NCBI GenBank assembly: GCA_951406725.2
Contig: OX597831.1
Location: forward strand, 35,030,001 to 35,094,000
Reading direction: 5' to 3'
DNA from: Octopus vulgaris
Taxonomy: Eukaryota
DNA length: 64,000 nt
Shown here: one piece after another, positions 40,718 to 54,420 of the stretch
Layout: each line of letters begins with the position of its first letter
Position numbering within the stretch: position 1 is the stretch's first letter
Position numbers and translations under genes: made by a program
The notes under the pieces: model-generated
What the model saw: only the letters and a program-made list of their open reading frames with translations
What the model was told of the DNA's origin: nothing
The model's database searches: none

Positions 40718-41856
40718 CGAAGTCTGATCAATAGGTATCTGGACTGGTGCTATAAAAACAAAGCTACAACATGTACCAATTTAGCATATAATCTCCCCTT
40801 CAGAAGCCACACACTTAATCTAGTGCTGTTTCCATTGATGGAAGCATTCTTGGAACTTGTTTTCAGGGATAATCAGCAGCTGTCCCATCAAATTTACTTT
40901 GATTTCCTCAACGTCTTGAAATCTTCTTTCAAGTGGAATTTGATTTTTGGAAATAGGAAAAAGTTGCAAGGGCCAAGCTGTGGGAAATGCTGTGATTAGC
41001 CAAAAACTGCGGCACAAGCTGCACTGAATGGACAGGTGCATTGTCATGGTACAGTTGCCACTCGCCGGATGCATGCAATTGTGGCTTTTTCCAATGAATA
41101 GCATACCACAAACGCTGCAAAATGTCACTGTAGTACTCCTTGTTTACTGTCTGACCAGCTGGAGCATACTCATGATGAACAATCTCCTCATAACCTTTGT
41201 TTCGGGGTCATAGCCATAGACCCATGATTCATCACCCATTATGACCATATTCTTGACATAATCAAGGAGATCTTGTGCAACTGAAACCCCAAGTATCTCT
41301 TTGGTCAGCTAAAAGCAGACACATGTCTCATACCCAAATCTTCAGTGATAATGGACTGAACTGTAACTAATCTGCACATCCTCTGATAATTCATGGATGG
41401 TGATTCAATGATTTCCCCTCACAACTGCGCTTACATCTGCAATGTTTTTCTCAGTTCTTCTGGTTGCAGGTCTCCCAGAACGATCGTCACTATTGACATT
41501 TTTTCAACCATCTTGGAAACTCCTGAATCACTCATACACTAGTGTGTGGCTCATACACCCATTTCCATACACTTTCTGCAACTTTGTGTAGGCCTCTGAG
41601 CAGGCACTACCAAGCTTTTAACAAAATTTGATGCAGATTCTTTGCTCAACTTTCTCTGTCATGGTCATTGCGGTGATCACACACTACACACGTTCCTTCC
41701 AAACACTGCTGTAAACACCACAAGTGAGTTAGAGTGTTGAAACTTAGTGTGCAAGCACAACAGAGTTCATGGTCAATGTGTGCCAAGTGGCTTCACTCTG
41801 TGTGCTTTAGCTTTGTTACTATGGCAACAGTCCTGATACTTATTGATCAGACCACG
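40718..41856 (-). mobile_element. Full-length degraded mariner with TIRs
   Basis: TIRs CG(AA/TG)GTCTGATCAATARGTATCWGGACTG, TA on the left flank; WQLYHDNAPVH and RRFQDVEEIK motifs. Confidence 0.85.
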
Positions 41857-41934
41857 TGTTATATTAGGGCCTATGGACATATGTGAAAGTGGGGCATTGT
41901 AACACGTGTATATATTCGTGTATATACATTCTAT

Positions 41935-42625
41935 ATATATCCAACTTAACATGGATGTCATGTTAGAACACCAAAGTATGCATTATCAGGTAGATCATAG
42001 AAGATGAGAATGATCTGTCATGGGTGCCAGAATTCCCATATCACATTATTTTATTCTATTGGAAATCATCAATAGGAGGAACCCAACCACCAAATTCCAG
42101 TTAAATTCTACTGCTATGATGTATAGAATATTAGCATCTTTTCAGACACTGTTGCAAATAGCCAGCAGGCTTATCTACTATAATAATACTTGTGTATTTT
42201 TTCCATCACAATATTTGAATGAGAAAGGAAGGGGTGATTGATAAATAAGGAAGGCAACCTGGTGGATGGTGAACATTCAACGCTGAAAAGAAAAATCAAA
42301 CAATGTTTCAACTCTGTGTGAGTATATGTATGTCTGTACAAGGGAAGTATGTGAATGTATGTATGTGAATATTGTCAAGTGTCTTAATTTTATTTCCCAT
42401 CCATCTTTATATATAAAATGCTACAATCAGCCGTCATTTTTTATGGCACAGGTCAACTAGTTATATATTAATTCTCAACAACAGAAGCAGTACTACCACT
42501 GAAAGGTAATCCTTATATCCAACTTAATGTGGATGCACCAGGTACTGCTATGAGAGATTCTCTCACTGTTAATAATGTAGTACTTAGTGTTCTTACAAGA
42601 CATCCACATTAAGTTGGATATATAT
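41935..42625. mobile_element. Unclassified element with ~55-bp inverted termini and an internal direct copy
   Basis: TATCCAACTTAAYRTGGATG at 41936 and 42515, inverted copy ending near 42621. Confidence 0.55.
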
Positions 42626-42685
42626 ATATATTACCTTTTGCTAGTAATACTGTTTCTGTTGCTGATAATTAATATACGTATATAT

Positions 42686-43090
42686 AGGCGCAGAAGTGGC
42701 TGTGTGGTAAGTAGCTTGTTTACCAACCACATGGTTCCGGGTTCAGTCCCACTACTTGGCACCTTGGGCAAGTGTCTTCTACTATAGCCTCAGGCCGACC
42801 AAAGCTTTGTGGGTGGATTTGGTAGACGGAAACTGAAAGAAGTCTGTCGTATATATGTATATATATATATATGCGTGTGTGTGTTTGTGTGTCTGTGTTT
42901 GTCCCCCTAGTTTTGCTTGACAACCAATGCTGGTGTGTTTAGGTCCCCGTTACTTAGCGGTTCGGCAAAAGAGACCAATAGAATAAGTACTGGGCTTACA
43001 AAAGAATAAGTCCCGGGGTCAAGTTGTTCGATTAAAGGCGGTGCTCCAGCATGGCCGCAGTCAAATGACTGAAACAAGTAAAAGAGAAAA
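42686..43090 (+). mobile_element. tRNA-derived SINE family 1, full length
   Basis: Intact head, core and tail. Confidence 0.9.
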
Positions 43091-43149
43091 AAAGTATATC
43101 TGTCTGTATGTATGTTTGTCTGTTTGTATGTATGTTTGTATAAATGTAT

Positions 43150-43400
43150 AATGTCCTTGCAATCCCCACAACCTGATTTGGCTCCTTTGTCTTTGTAGAG
43201 AATAACTATAGTGGCATCTTGGAAGTCTACTGGCGTACACTCTCCCTCCTAAAAGGACACAAGGATGTCATGGAATGTACTGAAAGCTGTGGTACCCAGG
43301 GCCTTGTACAGTTCTGCAGGAATTCCATCTGCTCCCAGAGTTTTGCCACAGTTCATTTCTTTTATGGCAGTCTTGACCGATAACCAGCTGGAAAAGATGT
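43150..43400 (-). mobile_element. RTE/BovB-like RT N-terminal fragment
   Basis: AIKEMNCGKTLGADGIPAELYKA...DFQDATIVILYKDKG. Confidence 0.7.
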
Positions 43401-43519
43401 TTTCCCGGGACTAAAAGACAGTAACATTGTCCTTGTATTGGATTGCTACATTATGTTGCAAATAAACTTTACAATTTGTTGCTGCTACTGCATACCTCTT
43501 GCTCAAAGATTTAAAATGA

Positions 43520-44430
43520 TATATCATCATCATCATCATCATCATCGTTTAATGTCCGTTTTCCATGCTAGCACGGATTGGACAGTTCAACCGGGGTCTG
43601 GGAAGCCAGGAGGCAGCACCAGGCTCCAGTCTGATTTGGCATTGTTTCTAAGGCTGGATGCCCTTCCTAACGCCAACCACTCCATGAGTGTAGTGGGTGC
43701 TTTTTACATGCCACCAGCACAGAAGCCAGTTATTTTGATGTTGATGTACTTGACTAAATAGGTCTCCTCAAGCACAGCAGATTACCCTACGATCCAAGGT
43801 AAGCATAGCAGGTCATTCTGCAATCCAAGGTACTTTGGAAGGGCTGGGGCTATGCGAAACTGATGCAGGAAACAGCCATGAACTTACATTATTTGTCAGG
43901 TCTTTGCAGTCACAGCATATCTCCAGAGATCTTGGTCTTTCGTCATTGCCTCTGTGAGGCCCAACGTTCAGAGGTCATGCTTGACCACCTCATCCCATGT
44001 CTTCCTGGGTCTACCTCTCCCAGAATACCTTCAACTGTTTGGGAGTGGTACTTCTTCACACATCTCTCCTCATCCATCTGTAGTACATGACCATACCAGC
44101 ACAAACGTCTCTCTTGCACACCACATCCGATGCTTCTTATGTCCAGCATTTCCTTCAGGGCACTTACACTCTGTCGTGAGTGCACACTGACATTACACAT
44201 CCAGTGGATCATCCTAGCTTCATTTCTTTCAAGCCTACGCATATCCTCTGCAGTCATAGCCCATGTTTCACTACTGTGAGGCATGGCAGTTCGCACACAT
44301 GCATAGTACAATCTACCTTTCACTCTGAGCGAGAGATCCTTTGTCACCAGTAGGGGTAAAAGCTTTCTAAACTTTGCCCAGGTTATTCGTATTCTAGTGG
44401 TGACACTCTCTGAGCATCCACCTCTACTAC
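43520..44430 (-). mobile_element. RTE-clade LINE 3' portion
   Basis: ORF 43943-44440: RIRITWAKFRKLLPLL...SETW...RRLCWYGHV; followed by the UTR and (GAT)n tail. Confidence 0.85.
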
Positions 44431-45227
44431 ACACACACACACATATAGTGAAACAAGTAAAAGTGAAGCAACTAAAAGGAAAAACGGTATAAGTGTATTA
44501 CAGACTACGTTGTCAAATATGTCCTTCATTTATGATGTTGTATGGGGAAGATTTAACTGCTATCTCCTGTAGATCAAACAACCATTTAGAGATACTGGCT
44601 GCCTTCTGTCAGAAATTGTGATTGAAAAGTGGTTTTCTTAGACTCATTAAATAAGTGGCAAGGTAGGTGTGGTGGAAGAAGCAGTGGCTGTTGTGGTGAT
44701 GGTAGTGATGACTGTGGTGGTGGTTGTGTTGGTGGTTGTGGTAGTGGTGGTTGTGGTAGTGGTGGTTGTGGTAGTGGTGGTTGTGGTGGTGGTGGTGGTG
44801 GTGGTAGTGGTGGTGGTGGTTGTGGTCGTGGTGGTGATGGTGACTGAGTGATTGTGGTGGGGCTGGTGGTGCTAGTGACGGTTGTGGTGGTTGTGGTGAT
44901 GGTTGTCATGGTGGTGGTGGTTGTGGCTGTGTTGGTGATGGTGGTGATTAGTTGGTTGTTTAACCACAGGTCATCTCCGGTCATGCTGATATGCAATCGA
45001 ATGCAGTCCAGCTGTGATCATACTATTGTTTTTTTTTAAGGTTATGGAGGACAACATTATCTGATATGTCTTGCCCTGGTTTTAAGATAGTAGAAAGTGA
45101 TTTATAAGAGATTTGACTGCTATTTCTAGCTGATTGAGTAATAGCATTAAGGTTGTCCTAGTTGGTTTGTGTGTGTGTATGTGTTTGTCAATGTGTGTGT
45201 CTTTGTCTCTGCATCTTTATTTGCTAG

Positions 45228-45296
<69 letters not shown>

Positions 45297-45415
45297 ATGT
45301 GTTTGGCAGAGTGTAAGTGTGTGTTTATGTCAGGGTCTTTTTATGCTGTTGTGACTTTGTATATATGTACATGAATGTGTGCATATTTGTGTGCATGTGT
45401 GACTGCTCGCATCTT

Positions 45416-45446
<31 letters not shown>

Positions 45447-45583
45447 TTATGTCATTTTGTGTTTGTATCAATTTATGGATATGTTTGCATGTTTGTGTGT
45501 GTTTATGTGTGTGTGTGTGTGTGTGTTTATGTCATTTTGTGTCTGTATTTATGTATGCATATGTTTGCATGTTTGTGTGTGAT

Positions 45584-45628
<45 letters not shown>

Positions 45629-45976
45629 ATGTCATTTTGCATCTGTATCTATGTATGCATATGTTTGCATGTTTGTGTGTGTTTGTGTCCTTATGTTTCT
45701 GTCTCTTGTGTCTGTACATGCACTTGTGTGTTCGTGTACACATAGACATATAAACTCTTAAAGACAAGAGGAGAAATAAGCTGATTGTGAATCGTATTAG
45801 CTTGTATAAAAACTGGAAAGACAAGATTAACAGTCTGGGGAAACTTATAAACTTTATAACCATACGAAAGCAATCTTAAAACTATAAATCATGTTGTTTA
45901 CTCAGGGATGCCATCCACACGAAAATAGTTAAGTTACTCTTTGTATAGTGAGTATCGAAAATTTAATTAAAATAAC

Positions 45977-46396
45977 GGATCTTTTCGGTTTGAACGGCAG
46001 TTTTTAACATAATTTCTAGGTGACTAAAAAATTTTAAACTTCGTATACTGGTAGAATGTGTTTATAAAACATCTTTTTCTCTTGGCTTTATTGAAAAAAA
46101 ATTCTATAGTTTGTAAGATATTTGTTGTTGTTTTTCTTCAATTTCTGCAATTTCAACCAATCAATGACGTCCATTGAGGTAAAAAAACATTCTGTGCCGT
46201 ATGAATATGTCCCTCGTTTAAGAAACAGATTGGGTTTATTTACATTTGTGAAGAAAAAAAGATACCCTTCCCCCCACGCCTAACCCTAACCCTAAAACAG
46301 ATTGAAATGCAATAGATCGATACTAGGGTTATAATTGTGGGTGACAATTTCATATGACACCGCTAGAAAAAACTGCCGTTCAAACCGAAAAGATCC
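45977..46396. mobile_element. MITE with 29-bp perfect TIRs and 8-bp TSD (Merlin- or hAT-like)
   Basis: GGATCTTTTCGGTTTGAACGGCAGTTTTT termini; AAAATAAC at 45969-45976 and 46397-46404. Confidence 0.9.
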
Positions 46397-46529
46397 AAAA
46401 TAACTTGTGAACTGAAGTAAAAGATAATATCAATTGTAAAGATATTATTAATTCATTAATGACTTGTAGGGCCACCTTACTTCGTTATGCTACCATAATG
46501 TAATACTATGGCATATACATCCATTACCC

Positions 46530-46800
46530 AGGGTGAGATCCACAGCTTCTGTGGCCGAGCGGAACAAAATCCTGAAATACCGCGATGTGTCAGCCAACTA
46601 CATTTTCCATCCTGTCAGACCACTAACAGCTAGATTCCTGTCTTCATTGGCAAGTCGCCTTGCAGAGGTAACTGGTGGGGCTCGCGAGGGTGCTTGGCTG
46701 TTCAAGTGCATGGTAAAGCTGCAAGCGTGTCGGTGTGCCTCAAAGGCATTAGAGAGGTTTTCCAGCGCCCCCAACTTCTCAACCCAAGGTGGTGAATTGT
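46530..46800 (+). mobile_element. CRE-like (restriction-like endonuclease) LINE C-terminal fragment
   Basis: AERNKILKY...YIFHPV...RFLSSLASRLAEVTG..REGAWLF. Confidence 0.6.
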
Positions 46801-46992
46801 TTTCTTCTTTTCTTTTCTTTTCTCTTTCTCTTTTTAACTTTTTCAATTGTGTCCTTTGTTTTTAACTTTATCTTTTATCTTTTACTTGTTTCAGTCATTT
46901 GACTGTGGCTCAATCAGTAAAATGTTATTTTAACCATGTCAGCAAATATGAGAGATAACTCAGGACATGTTTCAGTCTTATTAAATCTTCCT

Positions 46993-47155
46993 CGGCGCAG
47001 GAGTGGCTGTGTGGTAAGTAGCTTGCTTGCCAACCACATGGTTCCAGGTTCAGTCCCACTGCATGGCACCTTGGGCAAGTGTCTTCTACTATAGCCTTGG
47101 GCCAATCAAAGCCTTGTGAGTGGATTTGGTAGACAGAAACTGAAAGAAGCCCATC

Positions 47156-47197
<42 letters not shown>

Positions 47198-47420
47198 GTG
47201 TGTATATGTTTGTGTGTGTGTGTATGTGTGTGTGTGTCCAACATCGCTTGACAACCGATGCTGGTGTGTTTACATCCCCGTAAATTAGCGGTTTGGCAAA
47301 AGAGACCGATAGAATAAGTATTAGGCTTACAAAGAATAAGTCCTGGGGTCGTTTTGCTTGACTAAAGGCAGTGCTCCGGCATGGCTGCAGTCAAAATGAC
47401 TGAAACAAGTAAAAGAGAGT
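46993..47420 (+). mobile_element. tRNA-derived SINE family 1, full length
   Basis: Intact head, core and tail; the head plus 5' flank is duplicated at about 47487-47565. Confidence 0.9.
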
Positions 47421-48054
47421 AAATTGTAAAAAGAGTAAGGTGTAGAGCTTACTGTTCTAGCTAAAGCAGCGATGTTAGGAAGGGCATCTTATTAAATCTT
47501 CCTCGGTGCAGGAGTGGCTGTGTGGTAAGTAGCTTGCTTGCCAACCACATGATTCAGTCCCACTTGTATATAAGGAGATGTTGAAAATTAGTAGTGTTGT
47601 AGATAACATGATTGCTTCATCATCATCATCATCGTTTAACGTCTGCCTTCCATGCTAGCATGGGTTGGACGATTTGACTGAGGACTGGCAAACCAGAAGG
47701 CTGATCTGGCAGAGTTTCTACAGCTGGATGCCCTTCCTAATGCTTAACAGGCTGAAGTGGAAAGTTCAAAACTTGCAGAACTTGTACTGGTTGTTTATAG
47801 GCGATGGCATGGCTATGTGGTTAAGAAGCTTGCTTCACAACCAAGTGGTTTCAGGTTCAGTCCTATTACCGGGCACTTTGGGCAAGTTTGTTCTGCTATT
47901 GTCCTGGGTTAATCATGGCCATGTGAGTGAACTTGGTAGACTGAAACTGTGTGTGGAAACCCACCACATCTAACAATCTCTCAGTCTGTCTGTTTGTCTG
48001 TCTGTGTGTATGTGTCTGCCTGTCTGCCTGCCTGCCTGCCTGCCTGCCTGTCTG

Positions 48055-48102
<48 letters not shown>

Positions 48103-49422
48103 CTTACACACACATTAGCTGAGTTAGTATGGGTGTCCTCTCGAACACTTCATCATCATCATCACCATCATCATCATCATTTAGTGTCTGCTTTCCACGC
48201 TGGCATGGGATGGACAGTTTGACTGGAACTGGTGAGCCAGAGAGCAGCACCAGGCTGCAGTCTGTTTTGGCTAGGTTTCTACAGCTGGATGCCCTTCCTA
48301 GCAACAATATATATACAAAGAAAAACACAAGTATGACTCAAAATTCACAAATTCACAACAGCTGTTTCAGCAGCATTTTATTCTTTTCTACTCTCAGTAT
48401 AAGGCTCGAAATTTTGGGGGAGAAGGCCAGTCGATTAAATCGACCCCAGTATGCAACTGGTACTTAATTTATTGACCCCGAAAGGATGAAAGGCAAAGTC
48501 AACCTCGGCAAAACTTGAACTCAGAACGTAAAGACAGACAAAATACCAATTTCTTTATTACCCACAAGGGTCTAAACATAGAGAGGACAAACAAGGACAG
48601 ACATAGGTATTAAGTCGATTACATCGACCCCAGTGCGTAACTGGTACTTAATTTATCGACCCTGAATGGATGAAAGGCAAAGTCAACCTCGGCAGAACTT
48701 GAGCTCAGAATGTAAAGACAGACGAAATACCACTAAGCATTTTGCACGGTGTGCTAATGTTTCAACCATCTTGCCACCTTCACCAGCTTTTTATTGATGT
48801 ATTCTTAGGTTACATCGTGGCAAAAATTCACCAAGTTAAGGTAAATATTAAACAAACAAACAAACAGGTAAGACAGAAACAGAGGCTGACTAGAACATCA
48901 AAGAACATGACAGACCAAGCGAAAATTTTTAGAATACTAAAATTTATGAAGGCAAAACAGTTATGAGTGTTCTTGTAAATATATGTATAAACATATATGT
49001 ACTTGTTTCTATATGGGTATGAGAATGTATGTGTACACATATATCTATGAGTATATTCATATATTTATGTGTGTTTATATACGTGTGTGTGTGTGTGTCT
49101 GGCACCTGTCCGGTGGCACGTAAAAAGCACCCACTACACTCATGGAGTGGTTGGCGTTAGGAAGGGCATCCAGCCGTAGAAACATTGCCAGATCAGACTG
49201 GACCTGGTGCAGCCTTCTGGCTTCCCAGACCCCAGTTGCACCGTCCAACACATGCCAGCATGGAAAGCGGATGCTAAACGATGATGATGATGATGATGAT
49301 ATACATATATATATATATGTATGTATGTATATCTTTGGCGCCCAGCCAGCTCTTTTGAAATTGTCCCACCCATGCTAGCATGGAAGGCAGATGTTAAACA
49401 ATGATGATAATGATGATGATGA

Positions 49423-49457
<35 letters not shown>

Positions 49458-49504
49458 TATACATATATGTATAGGGATACAGAATGCTTGTGTTGTTTAG
49501 CCAA

Positions 49505-49911
49505 CTAGAAACAGTGTTTCTTGGGGCTAGATAACAGTAACATTCTTCCCTTTCCTGGGACTGCTACATAAAATTTGCAACAAGTCATCTCTTTATCGTG
49601 CTGTTACTGCATAACTCTCTCTGAGAGGTTTAGAAATGTAATATTTCTATTTTTGTAGATCATTAAATGTATTTCACTCAGAATTCTATAAGTTTTCAAC
49701 AGTAGCTTGGCAGTGACACCTAGCAGACTGATGAAGAGCAATAACACTGAAACTAGTCTCTGGATGCTGGTTTTGCTGGGTGGAGGTGCTTATCTTCCCT
49801 GTTTGAAAACTCAAGGACACAGAACACTACAAACAGTGTTTCTTGGGGCTAGATAACAGTAACATTCTTCCCTTTCTTGGGACTGCAACATTAAGTTGAC
49901 AACAAGCCATC

Positions 49912-49918
<7 letters not shown>
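49505..49918 (+). mobile_element. Retrozyme-like element: 322-bp unit with ~90-bp terminal direct repeat and HHR
   Basis: 49509-49596 is repeated at 49831-49918; HHR at 49724-49762. Confidence 0.75.
49724..49762 (+). ncRNA. Minimal type I hammerhead ribozyme, canonical core
   Basis: CAGA-CTGATGA-AGAG-caataa-CACT-GAAA-C-TA-G-TC-TCTG. Confidence 0.8.
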
Positions 49919-49961
<43 letters not shown>

Positions 49962-50127
49962 AGATGCAGGCAACAGGTTGCTTAGCCACATACCGAAAAG
50001 ATTAGAAATAGCAGTCAAAGACTGTTTATTTCTATTTTCTACAAATGAGACTCTACATACGACATATCCCTGTAATTCACATATGCAAAACAGAAGGAAG
50101 ACATAACGATAACAAAGTCTAATGGTC

Positions 50128-50196
50128 ATTTACGAACGCGTTTCTAGATTAGGAATATAATAAAATATAAATTCCGTGTCTTTCATCAGCGTAAAT
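50128..50196 (-). ncRNA. Type I hammerhead ribozyme motif
   Basis: 7-bp stem I ATTTACG/CGTAAAT; CTGATGA; stem II AGA..GGAAT/ATTCC..TCT; GAAA-C-GC-G-TT. Confidence 0.7.
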
Positions 50197-50258
50197 CTAC
50201 CAGTAAATAATTGTTGGTTTTTTTAAAAACCATTAAAGATATTATTTACTCTTATTTC

Positions 50259-50291
<33 letters not shown>

Positions 50292-50337
50292 ATTAATGAT
50301 AGAGATGGAAGATGGAAGATACAAGAATCTTTATTGA

Positions 50338-50443
50338 TCACTACAAACGTTTTTCAACCCATCTAGCATCAATCTTTTGCGGGTGGGATATAGTACAACT
50401 GTTTTGGATGGATCCCTCAAAGTAGATGTGTCTCCTTAGGTGA
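50338..50443 (-). ncRNA. Degenerate hammerhead motif with long stem II
   Basis: TCAC-CTAAGGA-GAC...AAAAC-GTTT-GTA-GTGA, carrying core mutations. Confidence 0.4.
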
Positions 50444-51231
50444 GTGCAGTAATAAGTTGTATGAAACAGAATTTATTTTAACGAGACACTGCTTGAAATC
50501 ACGTGAGGAGACACATCATGTAAGTGGCTCTGGGGAAACAGAATCTTACTTAGAAAAAGGTGAGGGCTGGCAACAGGATGGGCATCCAGCCAGAGAAAAA
50601 ATCTGCCTCAATGAATTCCATCTGATCCATGCAAGCTCGGAGAAATGGACATTAAAACGACAGCAACAATGACGATGGTAACGACGTGATGATGATAATG
50701 ATAATGATGATGATGATGATTATGACAATGACGATGGTAATGATGACGTGATGATGATGAAGATGATGATGATGATGACAATGACAATGACGATGGTAAT
50801 GACGACGTGATGATGATGATTATGGTGATGACAATGATGATGACAATGATGACGATGATGATGACAGACATGGAGCTCTCCATACTGTGGAATCATAGAA
50901 CCAAAATTAAGCTCTGCTCTGTGACTCAAGGATCTCATAAGATCTAAGAAGCATTTGAAACCATGTAGATGTAATAAGCAGCAGCAAAATATTAATTCAA
51001 TTTCACAGAAACAGTCAGCCCATTTAAATCATTTTGCTTAACCTTCGAAGGCTTGAACTCACATATTAAAGTTTATGCTATCTTTGCTAATTTTCCCTCT
51101 TCACAAAGAATATATGCACAATAAATGAAAAAAAAAATAATTAAATCCAACAAAGCAACATATGTTGAGATTAAGTAGGATAATTCTTATAAATAATAAT
51201 TAATCAATAGATTTGACATTTCTTTTACAGT

Positions 51232-51266
<35 letters not shown>

Positions 51267-51311
51267 ATATATATATATATATACATGATATACATGATAT
51301 ATACATATGTG

Positions 51312-51352
<41 letters not shown>

Positions 51353-51452
51353 ATATATATATGATATATACATATGTGATATATATATATATATATATAT
51401 ATCATCATCATCATCATTTAACGTCCGTTCTCCATGCTAGCATGGGTTGGAC

Positions 51453-51506
<54 letters not shown>

Positions 51507-51515
51507 GTGTATGTG

Positions 51516-51546
<31 letters not shown>

Positions 51547-51619
51547 GAATATATATAAATATATATATATATATGTATGTATGTATGTATATATAAATAT
51601 ATATATATATATGTATGTA

Positions 51620-51650
<31 letters not shown>

Positions 51651-51719
51651 GATATATACATATGTGATATGATATATATATATATATATATATATATGAT
51701 AAGGAATTAAGGAATTAAT

Positions 51720-52700
51720 TGACTTTTTACATGTCAGGAATACGGAACTAATTATATTGGCTTTAGCATTTATCAACTTAATTTTGAAACAATGAGGTAG
51801 CCTCTAAATGATTGATTATTCTGCTAGAAATATCAAACAAATTTGCCTCAAATTATGTTTTGTTATTTAAAAAAAAAATGATAAAATGGTTTTAAACTAG
51901 AAAATAAATAGATTTTTTACATGTCAAAAATACAGAACTAATGATATTTGCCTTGGCATATATCAGCTTCATTTTGAGACAGTAAGGGAGCCTCTATTAG
52001 ACTGATCAATCTGCTAGAAATAGCAGACAAATTTGCCTCAAATCATATCGTGCTCTTCATGAATCTTGTGGGTTTGTGAGTGCTGGTGCCACATAAAAAG
52101 CACCCATGCCAGTGTCACATAGATGCAACCCATGGCGGTGCTGCATAAAAGCACCCACCAGACTCTGTAAAGTGGCTGGCATTAGGAATGGCATCCAGCC
52201 ATAGAAACCGTACCCAAAACAGACATGGAAGCTGGGGAGCTCTTTAACTGGCCAGCTCCTGTCAAACTGTCCAACCCATGCCAGCATGGAAAACACATCT
52301 GATGACGATGACGATGACGATGATGATGATGACGATGATGATATAAAACCAAGAGAGAATTAATGAATTTTCCTACATGCCAAGAATGCAAAACTAATGA
52401 TATTTACTTAATCTTATATCAATTTAATTTTGAAATAACGAGGAAGCTAGAAATAGTAGAGAAATCTGCTTCGTTACATACTTCGCTATTAAAACAAAAT
52501 ATCAATTGTGACTAAATGGATATTTTTCGTGGCAAAAATACAGAGCTAAAGATATTTACCTTAGCACACATCAACAATTTTGAGGCCATAAGAGAATTTC
52601 TGTGACTGATCAATTTGCTAAAAATAGAAGGCAAATCTAACTCAAATTGTGCTTTACAATTTTAAGATAGAAAAGGTGCTAATCTAGTTTTCTATACACT
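51720..52700. repeat. ~190-bp tandem repeat, 4 diverged units, interrupted by an RTE tail
   Basis: TTTTACATGTCA..AATAC.GAACTAAT.ATATT starts near 51723, 51913, 52367 and 52522. Confidence 0.75.
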
Positions 52701-52897
52701 ATGCCTACAAAAATAAAGTGATGGTCATGGCTGGAACATATTTGATTATAGGCTTGCACAGTCAGGGATGACATGTGGCTAAACATTAATAAACATGATT
52801 TGAAGAATTTGTTCTTTAACCCAAGGTCAACCATGATCCAGTAGGCTTATGATCAAACTTTTTTTTAAAGGCACCAGACCACATCGAACATAGGAGT

Positions 52898-52947
<50 letters not shown>

Positions 52948-53141
52948 TGAGTAATATAAACAGCAGGGTGCACTGCAATACCATAAAGGAAAACTTTAAT
53001 CATCACTATGAGTGACCAAGGGTGTTGAAGTACCTACATTGCTAGAAATAAGAGTTAAAAAACTCCTCTTTCAGTGTTTATATATTGCACTCTTCGTACA
53101 GCATTAAGAGCTTTTTTAATGAGTTATTATATAATATATAC

Positions 53142-53560
53142 AGACGCAGGAGTGGCAGTGTGGTAAGTAACTTGCTTGCCAACCACATGGTTCTAGGTTC
53201 AGTCCCACTGTGTGGCACCTTGAGCAAGTGTCTTCTACTATAGCCTTGAGCCAACCAAAGCCTTGTGAGTGGATTTGGTAGACAGAAACTGAAAGAAGCC
53301 TATCGCATATATATATGTGTGTGTGTGTGTGTGTGGATTTCTGTGAATATGTTTATGTGTCTGTGTTTGTGCCCCCAACATCGCTTGACAACCGATGCTG
53401 GTGCACTTAAGTCCCCGTAACTTAGCGATTCAGGAAAAAGAGACTGATAGAATAAGTACTAGGCTTACAAAGAATAACTCCAGGGTTTGATTTGCTCGAC
53501 TAAATGCAGTGCTCCAGTATGACCACAGTCAAATGACTGAAACAAGTAAAAGAATAAAAG
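53142..53560 (+). mobile_element. tRNA-derived SINE family 1, full length
   Basis: Head, core and tail present. Confidence 0.85.
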
Positions 53561-53914
53561 AAGTGTGAATGACTATTAGTTTCATATCTCTGAAATGATT
53601 GCCATGTATTTTCAGGCAATCCTTTGCAGCATCCTATAAAAATTTGTCTGACAATTGTCTTTTCGGAGGCATGAAACTTTGCAACTGCTTGTATTTAAAT
53701 CCTGTGTGTATTAAATTCTGATATTTATCTCTAACTCATTCACTGGATAGAGTATGCGCTGATCCCACCAATAATAGAACGGTACATTTTATATTATAAA
53801 TATGTATGTATGCATACATGCAATTTATGTATGTATATATATATGTATATATATATATATATATACACACACACATACATATACACACACACACACACAT
53901 ATATATATATACAT

Positions 53915-54420
53915 GCTTTAATACTTTGATAGTTTTCAGCCAGTATTGGTCCAGGCCATGTCTAACTTAATAGCACCACCTGGCAAAGTAATTCAAATCA
54001 AGAATCAGACAACATTGCCCACTCAAGGAGAGAGTTATTGTTTACGGAGACATAGCCTGGTATAGGAAATTTTATCAGTGATTTTTTGAAGGAATTTATC
54101 CAAAGACTTCTTGTGCTTTATGGGGTCAGTTTCTGCTCTGATGTGTTTTGGTGTAATGTTAAAGAGAGCAGAGCAATTTGCAGTGAAATAATTGTGCAAT
54201 TATTGTTGTTATGTGATGCGAGTATGATTTATGTATAGCGGGTTGGATAGCACGGGGTCCAAGTCATGGGTGTATCTTAAAGGCGATGCCAACATCATTT
54301 GGGCAATGCTGATGGAATTTTCCCACATCATGCAGATGATGTAACACTCATGGCAGTGTTGGATAGACTAAAGCTTCAGCTGTTCTAGTCAACCCCAATA
54401 GTCAAGGCCTGTCATGCTAT
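53915..54420 (-). mobile_element. CR1-group LINE 3' fragment (same family as 7400-7725)
   Basis: Reverse-complement homology, including the GGTGGTGCTATTAAGTTAGACATGGCCTGG tail. Confidence 0.75.

Noticed and set aside
42688-42760. tRNA-like sequences
   Set aside because: These are SINE heads without a complete cloverleaf.
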